Of a stretch of 64,000 bases of DNA, positions 1-12,607 are shown in pieces (position 1 is the stretch's first letter; every line of letters begins with the position of its first letter). The notes beneath the pieces are model-generated. The model worked only from the letters and a program-made list of their open reading frames with translations. It ran no database searches and was not told the DNA's origin. The translations under genes were made by a program, and so were the position numbers. Location of the stretch: the NCBI RefSeq assembly GCF_022045235.1, contig NW_027266341.1, positions 18,786,001 to 18,850,000 on the forward strand, in the 5' to 3' direction. Origin of the DNA: Haliotis cracherodii (lineage: Eukaryota).

Positions 1-450
1 TCTTATCTTGAAGTTCCAACTTATTATCTTGAAATTTCAACATAACCTTTCGAAATTTCAAGTTAATATCTTGAAATTCACTTGTTATCTTGAAATTCCA
101 ACTTATTATCTTGAAATTTCAACATAACCTTTCGAAATTTCAAGTTAATATCTTAAAATTTCATCTTGAAAGTTCAACTTATTTATAAATTTCAAGATCA
201 TTATCTTTAAATTTCAACTTATGTATCTTGAAATTTCAACTTAAAATGGGGGCGGACGGGTAGCCTAGTGGTTAAAGCGTTCTCTCGTCACGTGTTCGAT
301 TCGCGACATTGGTTCAATATGTGAAGCCCATTTGTGGTGTTCTCCGCCGTGATATTGCTGGAATATTGCTAAAAGCGGCGTAAAACCATACTCACTCACT
401 CAACTTAAAATGTATCTTGAAATTTCAACATCACTTCTTGAATTTTAAAG
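1..450. repeat. Degenerate 21-22 bp tandem repeat (TTATCTTGAAATTTCAAC-like), interrupted by a SINE
   Basis: Recurrent tcttgaaatttcaac units at 1-245 and 402-450. Confidence 0.85.
249..399 (+). mobile_element. tRNA-derived SINE family A, internally deleted copy
   Basis: A-box tagcctagtgg, B-box gttcgattc, tail gcggcgtaaaacc-(actc)n; 13-bp TSD tcaacttaaaatg at 236-248 and 400-412. Confidence 0.9.
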
Positions 451-1399
451 AAAAAAATGACAAAACAAATCACCATAAAAAGGCTTGCGTACCATGATGT
501 ACTAGCCTGCTCTATTTGACCTTTGTGACTCATTCTTACCTGGCATTTAATCACTGAAGGATATGTTTCGTGTGTTATTTGTCCTCTTACTGACCTTTAA
601 CGCACTAAAGTACGCACAAAACTAACAAATAACATATTCAGAAATGTTCATAAAACATGCATGTTAGTAAGATGTGTCACATAAGTGCTCGAGTAACAGC
701 TCTCGTTATGATGTGTATCGCTGTCAGCAATACGTATAGCAGAATAATAGATCGGTTTATACATTCTTTTCGAACGTAAATTGTAGATAATGTGTTCAAC
801 GTCATCTTTGAAATCCAAACTCGCATTCTCTCTGTTGGTATATAGTATTAATTTCAGCGATGCTAAATTTTGTCTGAAATCAGTTATAGAATTAATATAC
901 AATGTTATTGTATGTGCTTAGCTGATACATGTACTTTCATTCCAATATTAAACCAAAAAAGCGAATTAACACTTTTTAATAACGCAATAAATAACGCAAT
1001 CAAATAATAACAATGTTAATCTTATCGTTTCACAGACATTCTGTGATTTACTTCCTTTGCGTTTCTTTTAAATTGATATACGATCTTTATCTATCTATAT
1101 AAACGATGGAATAATATAGGTACGTCTATCGATTTATCGATAACAAAACAGCGAGATGTTTATCCATGCAGTGTTTGTATTGACACTGTTAGCCTTCAAT
1201 TTTGTAGAGTAGTCACCTGTGTATTGAGAATATTTTTCATTTATTATTATCTATAATTACTAACTATGGCGCCTGGCAACAGCGACAGTAACCCCCCAAG
1301 GGAACTCAGGAATTGTACTTGTTAGGTACACCTAGCAAGAGCCAGCGCTGCACCGAATGACCCGCTGTTTAACTGAGGATGGAGAACATGCTGATGCTC

Positions 1400-1600
1400 T
1401 ATCATAACGGCCAAGGCTTCGGAATTAGCTGTGCGGAGCTGTGCGCTTAGACGTGCCAGGATCCGCTGGTCTTAGGTTCGAATCTCATATTCGTAATTGG
1501 TTGATCAGCATCGAAACCTTGATATTTGGTATCATTTCGTGTTTATTTCCCACACCAAGCTGACACGCCGTGATATCATTGAGGGTGCCAAACCCCTTTT
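1400..1600 (+). mobile_element. Diverged SINE family C copy
   Basis: gctgtgcggag...ggttcgaatc...tttcccacaccaagctgacacgccgtgatat matches the family C copy at 12180-12450. Confidence 0.6.
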
Positions 1601-1601
1601 T

Positions 1602-2622
1602 GTACGCCGGATGCCGAGCTCTGTTAGACGGTATTCCGGATGCAGTGCAGTACGCCGGATGCCGAGCTCTGTTAGACGGTATTCCGGATGCAGTGCAGTA
1701 CGCCGGATGCCGAGCTCTGTTAGACGGTATTCCGGATGCAGTTCAGTACGCCGGATGCCGAGCTCTGTTAGACGGTATTCCGGATGCAGTGCAGTACGCC
1801 AGATGCCGAGCTCTGTTAGACGGTATTCCCGGATGCAGTGCAGTACGCCGGATGCCGAGCTCTGTTAGACGGTATTCCGGATGCAGGGCAGTACGCCGGA
1901 TGCCGAGCTCTGTTAGACGGTATTCCTGGATGCCGTGCAGTACGCCGGATGCCGAGCTCTGTTAGACAGTATTCCGGATGCAGTGCAGTACGCCGGGTGC
2001 CGAGCTCTGTTAGACGGTATTCCGGATGCAGTGCAGTACGCCGGAAGCCGAGCTCTGTTAGACGGTATTCCGGATGCAGTACGCCGGATGCCGAGCTCTG
2101 TTAGACGGTATTCAGGATGCAGTGCAGTACGCCGGATGCCGAGCTCTGTTAGACGGTATTCCGGATGCAGTGCAGTACGCCGGATGCCGAGCTCTGTTAG
2201 TCAGTATTCCGGATGCAGTGCAGTACGCCGGATGCCGAGCTCTGTTAGACGGTATTCCGGATGCAGTGCAGTACGCCGGATGCCGAGCTCTGTTAGACAG
2301 TATTCCCGGATGCAGTGCAGTACGCCGGATGCCGAGCTCTGTTAGACAGTATTCCCGGATGCAGTGCAGTACGCCGGATGCCGAGCTCTGTTAGACAGTA
2401 TTCCGGATGCAGTGCAGTACGCCGGATGCCGAGCTCTGTTAGACGGTATTCCGGATGCAGTGCAGTACGCCGGATGCCGAGCTCTGTTAGACGGTATTCC
2501 GGATGCAGAGCAGTACGCCGGATGCCGAGCTCTGTTAGACGGTATTCCGGATGCAGTGCAGTACGCCGGATGCCGAGCTCTGTTAGACGGTATTCCGGAT
2601 GCAGTGCAGTACGCCGGGTGCC
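1602..2622. repeat. CpG-rich 48-bp minisatellite, about 21 copies
   Basis: Unit gtacgccggatgccgagctctgttagacggtattccggatgcagtgca, head to tail, near identical with occasional indels. Confidence 0.97.
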
Positions 2623-3689
2623 TTGAAATGGTTATCCAGTATGCGAATGGCAATATTTGAAAATGTTGTCATTGTCTTTTTTTTCTTGGTATTTTTTACT
2701 TACCAAGAGTGACAAATATTAAGCCCTCATCTTATGATCTTTGAAATAACTGGTCCTAACTTTGAAATAATTTATCCACAGAGCATGCGTTCGTGTGTTT
2801 TATTAAACACTTTTCTCAACACTCGGCCATGTCATGAGTCAGACAGAGATGACATGTGCATTACATATTGATTGTCGTATGCCGCCATATAACCTAATGG
2901 GTCCTCGGTGATCCCAGTGCTGTCAGTAGCACATGTGTCTCTTGCAATCAGATCAGAGAGATCGATGGGCCAGGTAAACACAGAGGTGTCTTCTTTGTCT
3001 TGTGTTAATAACCATGGTTCCATCTCAGCAAAACACGAGTGCACAACCAAGGCTCTAATTCAAGATCATGATAAATAATGACATTGTACATTTGGGATGG
3101 TTTTGCATTTGACTGGACTTAACAAATGAATTTTAATACTTAGGTCGCTGTTTCCCGTTCACGTTTTTCAGTTCACGTATTAAGGTAATGGATAGCGTAA
3201 TATTGATTTTGACTGACAGTCAATAACGTTAAGATCTTAAGGATGTTCAAACTCACATTGACATGTTCAAAACGAGTCCAAACTAAATACGGACAGATTG
3301 AACTGTGTCTCGTTTGTCGCATACTGCGCATCAACTAACTGTATCGTTAAAATAACACTACTTGGAAATAACGGAATTTCTTTTATCTGTCCTTGACTTT
3401 GATGATAGAACTATTTGAGTACTGTTATCAAAACAATGGTGTATCATCATGTTAGGTGCCAATGTTCTATGTGTGCTGGCTACGGTTTAATTAGGTTAGA
3501 GCCCTCGGACACCTGGCGTCTAATCGTTGAAACGCTTCAGTTTTATCCAACCATTTATAAAAGATTAAACACCGGGTCCTTTTGTTTTAACCTTTTATTA
3601 AACGCCTTTAGTCGAGTATCCTTGTATCATATATTACTGACAGTAGGGTCCTGTTCAATATGGCGATCACCGCACTTTGACTGTCTTAC

Positions 3690-3971
3690 TTGTTTCTTTG
3701 TTTGTTGTTTAACGCCGCACTCAGTAATATTCCAGCTGTGCATAGTTGCGTCCCTTGGGCACGCCAGAAACCTAGGATTGTGGGTTTGAATCGCCCCGAT
3801 TATGTTTCTAGGTTTATCAGCACCATACTCGTGCTCGTGGGTTTCACCGAAGTGGTAAACGCATGAGATCTGCATCACTTCGGGATTTCCTCCCACATTA
3901 AGCTGACACACCGTGATGTAACTGGAATACTGTTAAAAGCGGCGTTAAACCCAACACACTCACTCACTCAA
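3690..3971. mobile_element. Family D 3' tail (minus) fused to a 5'-truncated family C SINE (plus)
   Basis: tgtttgttgtttaacgccgcactcagtaatattccagct runs directly into gtgcatagttgcgtccc...gcggcgttaaacccaac-(actc)n. Confidence 0.8.
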
Positions 3972-4627
3972 GCATGCCTTTCATCTGCCTGATTAGTTAG
4001 TCGTCACTGACGCTGATCATAAGTGCATTCAGATCTTGCAATCTTCAGTGGCAAATGTTGGTGTGCTCTCTGATAATGACGCGCAAAGATTCTGTCACGA
4101 TACATCCAAACACAGGTTTTAAAGCACCCCGTGGACATCGTGCCTATACCGCTGTCCGTTCTTCATGAAATGTGGGTTACCCAATCATAGTGTCCAGGGA
4201 TATTTCAGTCTTTATTTGTGGATGAGTTTCTTTCATTAAAAAACATGATCCATGATCTTTGAGTAGTAGATATAGTTGGCCCTGTTTACGCCATGACGAT
4301 CGTAACTCGTACACTTTAACACTGAACGCCTTGTGGAAAAAACCCTAGTAAACAAATATACCATCGTCATTTATATTTATAGTGGTATGAGAATGAGGAT
4401 ATTCAAACTTGCTGTGTCTCTATGCTAATCAGAGGGTGTTTTATTCTATTTTAGGTGGCCAGATGATTGAGTGAGTGGGTTTCAGTTACATCACATCACT
4501 TCGTGTCGTCCTTTTAAGGGTGAAAAGTCAAACCTGACGCAGGTCTTAGACGTTGAAAACTGTGAAAATAAAAGCTACAAAACCATATCCTTAATCATAA
4601 GAAATAACGGCTTAAAACAGAGTCAGT

Positions 4628-4850
4628 TGTACGATTCCGACTATGTAACAAGGTGTGGGCAGCGGGTCATGTTTCCCCTTTCACGAACCCCTGGTGTCAT
4701 CAATGATCTTAAGTGATCCATCGATATAATTTTCACCGCTATTTTGTCTTTTTGCGCAATGGAATCTGTGTCGGCGTACAACCGAGACAGAATGCTGATT
4801 CCCGTTGTCGTTATATATTTATGAATCACTATCAAATAGCGATGAACCAG
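4628..4850. mobile_element. Rearranged Naiad-like PLE 3'-end fragments in both orientations
   Basis: gtacgattccgactat and tatgaatcactatcaaatag (as at 42601) flank an opposite-strand cgaacccctggtgtcatca segment that matches 49921-50060. Confidence 0.6.
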
Positions 4851-6100
4851 AAGATCACGACAAGGATCCCCCGAATACGGATATGGTGCTCACGGGTTTC
4901 GGGGCAAAACTAGGATTCGTATCCACGACCAAGGAGCCGCTTGTCTTTAGCCCACACTATCATCCGTGCCTTTTAGATGAGTGTTGACAAAAAACCTTGG
5001 ACGTTACGTTTTCAGTGTTTTGGTGTCCGTTTTAATCCTGGTAATGTTTTGATATCGTTTGCAATATAGTAGTCAAATCCAATTTTTAAATGTATACATT
5101 CCCATTTATGCGTAATATTTTTATTTTTTATATTTTTTATATGTTTTTTATGCGTAATATTGATGACGTTGCAATCCTACAAAACACGGAAGATGTTCCA
5201 ATCTAAAAAAACAATAAAAACAGTAAAAATGGCTCCATGTTACCAACCTGTCACGTGATCAATCAAGATGTACTACCAGGTTGGTTTGACATGAATTTTT
5301 CAAAACATTACGAGTATTTTCCGGTTGATTTTATTTAAAAGCTTTTTTTAGTGTTGTTTTCGAAGTTCTTTCAAGGAGAAATCTATAAACACCATGCTAA
5401 CCGCTTTTTTTCTGAATGTCTAAATATTTGATGAATATTTGCACCCATCCACGTTTGCGTGTATCACCGGTGGTTATGTGTAAGGGACTTACACTTACAT
5501 ACGGGCAATCAACATTGACTTGCTTCGTAGTCTACATTTAAGGAGCACTGTGTTTAATCTGGTATTAAACAAACCTTTAGACGGTGGCGTGGATTCAAGT
5601 ATGTAACGAGTCTGTGTAAATGGTCGCTCATATTAACGAGTAATAACAACAACAATCGCTTACCGAAATTAAAGCTTAATTCAGCGGTGTCGCGTTTTTA
5701 GAGATCCTTGGATAAAGTAGTCGAAGATGAATCGAAAGCTAAAAGGTTTTCGTGTTTCCTGATGCATTTTACACGTCCTGTTTGGCTTTTTTAGTCTGAT
5801 CCATTTGATAACGGTTACACTCGGTGTTTAATTCTTAACTGGCGAAGAGTCATCATTGAATGTCCTTTCGGTTGGTTGGTTAGGCAAGTAACAGAAATGC
5901 GCGGCATGCATTCTTGTGATGAATATGTGACGGTCGTGCACAGGTAGTCCCTTTCATTGAAGCAATGTATTTATTTATTGAAATTGGGCGATATGTAGTT
6001 ATTCTAGAGAAACCAAATTTGCCAATATGCATCCAAAATAATAGTACTATTTTCTTCTTGTGTGCTCAGTATGTGCACCATTAAGACAGGGGTATATACT

Positions 6101-6400
6101 GACCCAGATTTTCTAGTGGTAGAGCGTCCGCCCGGAGAGCGGAAGGTACGGGGTTCGATCCCCGGCCGCGTCATACCAAAATATGGTACTTGTTGTTACC
6201 CTGTCTGGCGCTCGGCATTAAGGGGCTAAACAAGGACTGGTCGGATCGGAGTCAGTATACTGTGTCTGAGTTGGGTATTCATGTTAAACTGCGGCATGGT
6301 ATCTCAGTGAGTTAGCACTATAAATCGGCATCAGTCCGGACTAGTAGCAGCCACACACACAGACACACACGTCCATGCACGTCGCTATATAAGTGCAATA
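6101..6400 (+). mobile_element. tRNA-derived SINE family B (Meta/Deu-like central domains)
   Basis: ctagtggtagagcg A-box, ggttcgatcccc B-box, gtcatacc...ggcattaagggg body shared with 19051 and 52248. Confidence 0.9.
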
Positions 6401-6416
6401 ATAATATAATCCTTAT

Positions 6417-6548
6417 ATGCCGAGCGCCAGACAGGGTAACAACAAGTACCATCTTTTAACGTCTTTTGGTATGACGCGGCCGGGGATCGAACCCCGTGCC
6501 TTCCGCTCTCCGGGCGGACGCTCTACCACTAGACCACGGAGGCGGTCT
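6417..6548 (-). mobile_element. Head-only family B SINE, inverted relative to the neighbouring copy
   Basis: Reverse complement of the first ~130 bp of family B. Confidence 0.88.
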
Positions 6549-7675
6549 CATATGACTATAGTTTATCTGTCATGCCATGACAAATTAACTGTAGTAATGT
6601 GAAAGAATCGGGTGGTTCTTTACTTGCGGTGCACTAGCTCCAGATTGCAACGGAGTCATGCATCTTGATCACGATAAAGCATTTATAGGTTTTTGATGCT
6701 GACAATGTAACAAAAACAATTAGACTTACTTTCTAGCACCTGAACAACGTTCTCGCTCCGACGAAGAAACTTCATACAGGCGAACTTGGGCGTTCTGGAA
6801 AACAAGATGTATTTAATTACAGTAGGGAATGTAGACTGTAGGAGCACACCCCCAGGCCAAGAAAATCAAATTACCTTATTTTTATTGAAATACCCGTGTA
6901 TATTGTCTAGTGAGGTGCGGTCATTTAATTTTTGTCTAACCAACAAGAAAAGGTTCTACTCATTGTATAAATAATATTGATTACATGTACTTCTAAATCT
7001 GTATGAATCCTGATATTTTGAATTTCCATAAATAAAATTTCGGAAACCACGTTCTTCAAAGAACTAAAAACAGTTGCTGTTAGTGTAGTCCCACCATGCA
7101 CGTTTGAAGGAAGACGTTGTACGCACTCAAACCTTTTCCAAAAATAGTTTTGGTGACGAACAAACGGTCTTTACGACCAGAGCAATGATATATGTATGTG
7201 TTGATAAACGACATGAAATTGATGGTACGAGTCATACAAATCAATCTCCGTTTAGGTCATTACATGCCAATGGTTGAGTACAAAATTGCCCCTAACTGTC
7301 ACAAGCGGGCTCTCAGTCTCTCCTAATATGACAACCTATCTTCCCTCGCTGACTGTAATACAATTAGACTCCACACAGTGCCACAGGGTGTATGGTGTAT
7401 CGTAAAGGTATAATTGCGGCTCATTCTCTGTTGACTCACTTGATTAGTACAAGAAGAGGGGGGGGGGGGCATATAATCTCCTTGTTGTACACCCTGCTGA
7501 GGAGTGAGTGAGGAGCGTTAACGAGGCTGATAGCAATCGTACAGCAATATCATGGGCGATTACCAAGACTTATTTTACTACCCTGAAGAGGATTCGAACC
7601 CTGATTTTGTCAATTTAATATCGAACGTAAATATATTTTCTGTTCATAACCTGAACTGGTTGGACTGTACAGTAA

Positions 7676-7678
<3 letters not shown>

Positions 7679-7756
<78 letters not shown>
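7679..7756. repeat. (TA)n microsatellite
   Basis: Pure TA run of about 78 bp. Confidence 0.98.
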
Positions 7757-7761
<5 letters not shown>

Positions 7762-7786
7762 TCTCTGCTAAAAACTGTTGTCCGTT

Positions 7787-10700
7787 GTACAATTCCGACT
7801 GTATCACAAGCAAGTGTTTATGAATCACTATCAATTAGGGATGATACCAGGTGTTCGAGAAAAGGTAAGCGTATATTGCCCCACCAGTGCCAGTGGCACC
7901 TGTCACAAATACATGCAAAGACAAGTCATTTATTCACCTAACAACACGTGGGAACCTATCGTACAGGTCAAAATAAGGAATTGCATCGGAACTCAGTTTT
8001 GTCACTGATGTGTCAAATTTGGAAATATCCTCCACATATCTACCTTAAACACTTTTTGAAAGCCTTACTGATGTTGTAACCCTGATCAAATAACGTTTGA
8101 GCAAATGCCTTTTGATGTCTTCGCAGAAAGATCGTGCTTGATTATACCTTAAAAGGTGTGAAGTGAAAACAGCCCAGGCTGGAGCTGCTGGAATATGGCT
8201 CGACATAAAGGGAAAGTTGACTGTTGGAATAATGAAGTCTTCCCGCTTATCTTACAGTCTTGTGGACATTTCATTGACTCCACACTCATCATACAGTCTT
8301 GTGGACACTTCATTGACTCCACACTTATCATACAGTCTTGTGGACACTCTATTGACTCCACACCTATCATACAGTCTTGTGGACACTTTATTGACTCCAC
8401 ACCTATCATACAGTCTTGTGGATACTTCATTGACTCCACACCTATCATACAGTCTTGTGAACACTTCATTGACTCCAAACCTATCATACAGTCTTGTTTA
8501 CACTTTATTGACTCCACACTTATCACACAGTCTTGTGGACACTTTATTGACTCCACACTTATCATACAGTCTTGTGGACACTTTATTGACTCCACACTTA
8601 TCACACAGTCTTGTGGACACTTTATTGACTCCACACTTATCACACAGTCTTGTGGACACTTTATTGACTCCACACTTATCACACAGTCTTGTGGACACTT
8701 TATTGACTCCACACTTATCACACAGTCTTGTGGACACTTTATTGACTCCACACTTATCATACAGTCTTGTGGACTCTTTATTGACTCCACACTTATCATA
8801 CAGTCTTGTGAACACTTTATTGACTCCACACTTATCATACAGTCTTGTGGACACTTTATTGACTCCACACTTATCATACAGTCTTGTGAACACTTTATTG
8901 ACTCCACACTTATCATACAGTCTTGTGGACACTTTATTGACTCCACACTTATCATACAGTCTTGTGGACACTTTATTGACTCCACACTTATCATACAGTC
9001 TTGTGAACACTTTATTGACTCCACACTTATCATACAGTCTTGTGGACACTTTATTGACTCCACACTTATCATACAGTCTTGTTTACACTTTATTGACTCC
9101 ACACTTATCATACAGTCTTGTGGACACTTTATTGACTCCACACTTATCATACAGTCTTGTGGACACTTTATTGACTCCACACTTATCATACAGTCTTGTG
9201 AACACTTTATTGACTCCACACTTATCATACAGTCTTGTGGACACTTTATTGACTCCACACTTATCATACAGTCTTGTGGACACTTTATTGACTCCACACT
9301 TATCATACAGTCTTGTGAACACTTTATTGACTCCACACTTATCATACAGTCTTGTGAACACTTTATTGACTCCACACTTATCATACAGTCTTGTTTACAC
9401 TTTATTGACTCCACACTTATCATACAGTCTTGTGGACACTTTATTGACTCCACACTTATCATACAGTCTTGTGAACACTTTATTGACTCCACACTTATCA
9501 TACAGTCTTGTGGACACTTTATTGACTCCACACTTATCATACAGTCTTGTGGACACTTCATTGACTCCACACTTATCATACAGTCTTGTGGACACTTTAT
9601 TGACTCCACACTTATCATACAGTCTTGTGGACACTTTATTGACTCCACACTTATCATACAGTCTTGTGAACACTTTATTGACTCCACACTTATCATACAG
9701 TCTTGTGAACACTTTATTGACTCCACACTTATCATACAGTCTTGTGGACACTTTATTGACTCCACACTTATCATACAGTCTTGTGAACACTTTATTGACT
9801 CCACACTTATCATACAGTCTTGTGGACACTTCATTGACTCCACACTTATCATACAGTCTTGTGGACACTTTATTGACTCCACACTTATCACACAGTCTTG
9901 TGGACACTTTATTCACTCCACACTTATCATACAGTCTTGTGGACTCTTTATTGCCACTCTGAATCTTTATGCATAGATTTAAATATGAAACAGATGAGGC
10001 TGTTTCAGTGGTCTCTTTTATTTCTAGTTCAGGTGAGTAAATCTAAGGAAAGTATTGCATTTTGACAATTATTAAACAATATCAGATCTACGATTTATCT
10101 GCAATTTAACCTTATTTACGCGCCGCTTTCGATGTTTTTCCTTTGTGTTAGGAAACAGATCAGCAAGGAGCGAAGCACAATTGGTGCCCATGGAGATGAT
10201 AACCTCTTGCCAAAATGTGCTAACCCTAACTGTCAGACATCTTGGATCAAATCATGTGTATATGAGGTCTTGCATTTCACATATTGTTTCCACAGTAACT
10301 TCAGATGACATATCCTTTCATTTCAGGCAAAGTTTAAAATAAAATGATTTGACATAATTAAACTTTGGTCTTTAGTGAGATGGCAAAAAATCAAAACATT
10401 TTTGAGAATCCAGACAAGATATTAATTCCACTTGTCTCGAATGCTTTCTGAGAGAGTACTTCCCTGATTGCTTTAAGGATTATGGTTAATCTTGGAAACG
10501 GGGATTTGGTGGTACATTTGCTGGACCCTGCGATATTTTTCTCCTTGTATGGCTATTTATGAAGCTTTGGGAGAAGAGGACATGTCTCCATGTCTTAAAT
10601 TCAATCCAAACGTTTATAGTATTGATGCGTAGTCTTTGCAGGATTCTTCCTAAATTTACATGCTGGCCTCCTATGAGGCAGTAATGACTATATGTCACTC

Positions 10701-11075
10701 GAATGTCACTTGTATAAATGTCTTTGACCAAACAAGTAATGTAGTGACGCTTACATATAATGGTTATTGTTTTTGAGGCCTTGTCAGTGGGAACAGCTAC
10801 ACACTGTTCATGTAGGAAGCCGGATTTCGGATGACAGCTAGGGACAGAATGGGTTTATTCCTATTCTTTTTCCTCTTTTTCAGTTTGTGCATTCCTCCAA
10901 TGACAACATCACGCACTGACTAAACCCACTCTGAAATAAATTCGACAGGTTCATCTCCTGTATTGGCCCAGATTTTACCATACGCGCCGATAGCATTCAT
11001 GAAATTGTGATCCCAAGAAAAAATGAGACCAGAGTCTATTTTCCTCTTTGGTTGACGGATACTGGTGGAGCAAAT
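7787..11075 (-). mobile_element. Decayed Penelope-like retroelement (Naiad-like, C-terminal RT): RT remnant plus 3' end
   Basis: Hand translation of the minus strand gives, in order, VPTDKASKTITIICKRHY, PYKEKNIAGSSKCTTK, SGIN..WILKN, ISMGTNCASLLADLF, IYSPELEIKETTETASSVSYLNL, STRL*DKREDFIIPTVNFPFMSSHIPAAPAWAVFTSHLLRY, which are PLE RT motifs. It has frameshifts and stops, and no GIY-YIG domain follows the RT. Confidence 0.88.
8250..9955. repeat. 39-bp minisatellite, about 44 copies, inside the PLE RT
   Basis: Unit tacagtcttgtggacactttattgactccacacttatca; the minus frame reads GVNKVSTRLYDKC. Confidence 0.98.
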
Positions 11076-11128
11076 TTATAAAAGATTATATAAAACAAAA
11101 TAATTAAAAATTAAAAAAATATAAAAAA

Positions 11129-11294
11129 GGGGCGGTCGGGTAGCCTAGTGGTTAAAGCGTTCGCTCGTCACGCCGAAGACACGGGTTCGATTCCCGACAT
11201 GGGTACAATGTGTGAAGCCCATTTGTGGTGTCCCCCGCCGTGATATTGCTGGAATATTGCTAAAAGCGGCGTAAAACCATACTCACTCACTCAC
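11129..11294 (+). mobile_element. SINE family A, full length
   Basis: Intact A/B boxes, (actc)n tail, TSD tataaaaa at 11120-11127 and 11295-11302. Confidence 0.93.
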
Positions 11295-12179
11295 TATAAA
11301 AATGTAATACATTGTGCACAGGTACATTGCATTATAAGCTGTTCTGTTACCACAGTTGTAAACATAGGTAAGATGATAAAAATAAAACAACGATTTATCG
11401 TTGAAAAAATTCTGTTTTTTGTCAAACAAAAACTCCCATGGATTATTTTTATTGTTAAAGCGATCTTTACTGTCAACAATATAAGAAAACTTAACATTCA
11501 GATATTTTTTGCTCTTCTGAATTTTCGATTATTGTGGTCGCTGGGACCGTAAACTAAGCTAAAAAATGCAAGGCCTGATGTAGAAAAAACCCATCTTGAT
11601 TTAAAGTGATATGACTCAAGTAAACGTACATTTTATGATCTTGAATCAGCGGTTAAATCTTTACTTGATTAGTTATTACGGTTCTCGAAGTCTTCCAGTT
11701 TCGTGGTCTCGACACGTGAGCCATCGGCTTAGTTTATGTTCTGGCAGTCGCCCTACTGCGATGATACCGATGCACTGTGGCCAAGACCTTACTACAAACA
11801 CTAGAATTACGTTAGCTTCAAGTGTTGTGAGGCAAACCTAATTAGGAATGATTAAGATAGAATTAAGGGGGTCACACAATTTCGGCACGGTTCTATAAGA
11901 AGTTAAACCGGTGTTCTAACATTTTTATTACCGCTTAAACATCTGCAAACTACCTTACAAACCCACAATCGCAAAACATGTTAAATGTTATATTAAAAAA
12001 GCTTTATGAAAACTTTGGGCCATATTTATAAGGGGAAATGCATTTTCAGTCATTTAGTTTTCTTGTAACGTTGTCACCACGATCACGCTATTCTATCTAG
12101 TCCCCAATTAGTCAACTGATTCTTACATGTTGATCAATGTATGAAATAAGCCTGCTTTGTCACATATTTAAATCAAATA

Positions 12180-12450
12180 TGAGTGAGTGAGTGAGTTGGG
12201 TTTAACGCCGCTTTTAACAGTATTCCAGTTATATCACGGCGTGTCAGCTTCATGTGGGAGGAAAGCCCGAAGTGATGCAGGTCTCAGACGTTTACCACTT
12301 CGGTGAAACCCACGAGCACGGGTATGGTGCTGACGAACCTAGAAACATAATCGGGGCGAACCGGGATTCGAGCCCACAATCATAGGTTTCTGGACGCAAC
12401 TCTGCACAGCGAATTGCGGCGCCTTAGACGACTGGGCCACCCGTGCCCCC
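12180..12450 (-). mobile_element. SINE family C, full length (tRNA-like head, V-domain-like body)
   Basis: Head gggtggcccagtcgtctaaggcg, body gtgggtttcacc...ttcctcccaca, (actc)n tail; TSD aaatcaaata at 12170-12179 and 12451-12460. Confidence 0.92.
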
Positions 12451-12607
12451 AAATCAAATAGGAACCACTCAGTAATACAAAGTCTAGGAAGTGGCACCCC
12501 TTTCGTTGCATGCTTGCACCAGAAACATATAAACGCCAGATATATCAGTCGAGATTACTTGGTCAATACAATACAGTCACTGAGCCCATTCTTATCTTTA
12601 TCACAAA

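Noticed and set aside
1497-2660. CRISPR array, REP/BIME cluster or repeat-protein ORFs
   Set aside because: Units are contiguous with no unique spacers, there is no cas or RAYT gene, indels break the frames, and the context is eukaryotic.
2865-3055. Phase-compatible candidate exon 3 (ALVVHSCFAEMEPW...); similarly about 680-875
   Set aside because: Splice sites are weak and the peptides are unrecognisable, so they cannot be supported without RNA data.
7850-7910. SECIS element in the Naiad-like 3' end
   Set aside because: Some Naiads encode selenoproteins, but this motif lacks the AUGA..AA..GA geometry, and the stops in this copy look like random decay.
8149-9976. Three 580-599 aa ORFs that look like repeat proteins
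   Set aside because: A 39-bp unit (13 codons) is stop-free in several frames on both strands, and the array lies inside a dead RT.
11129-11200. tRNA genes (also 19051, 53461 and others)
   Set aside because: The tRNA-like heads continue into SINE bodies with repeat tails and TSDs, with no proper acceptor stem or oligo-T terminator.
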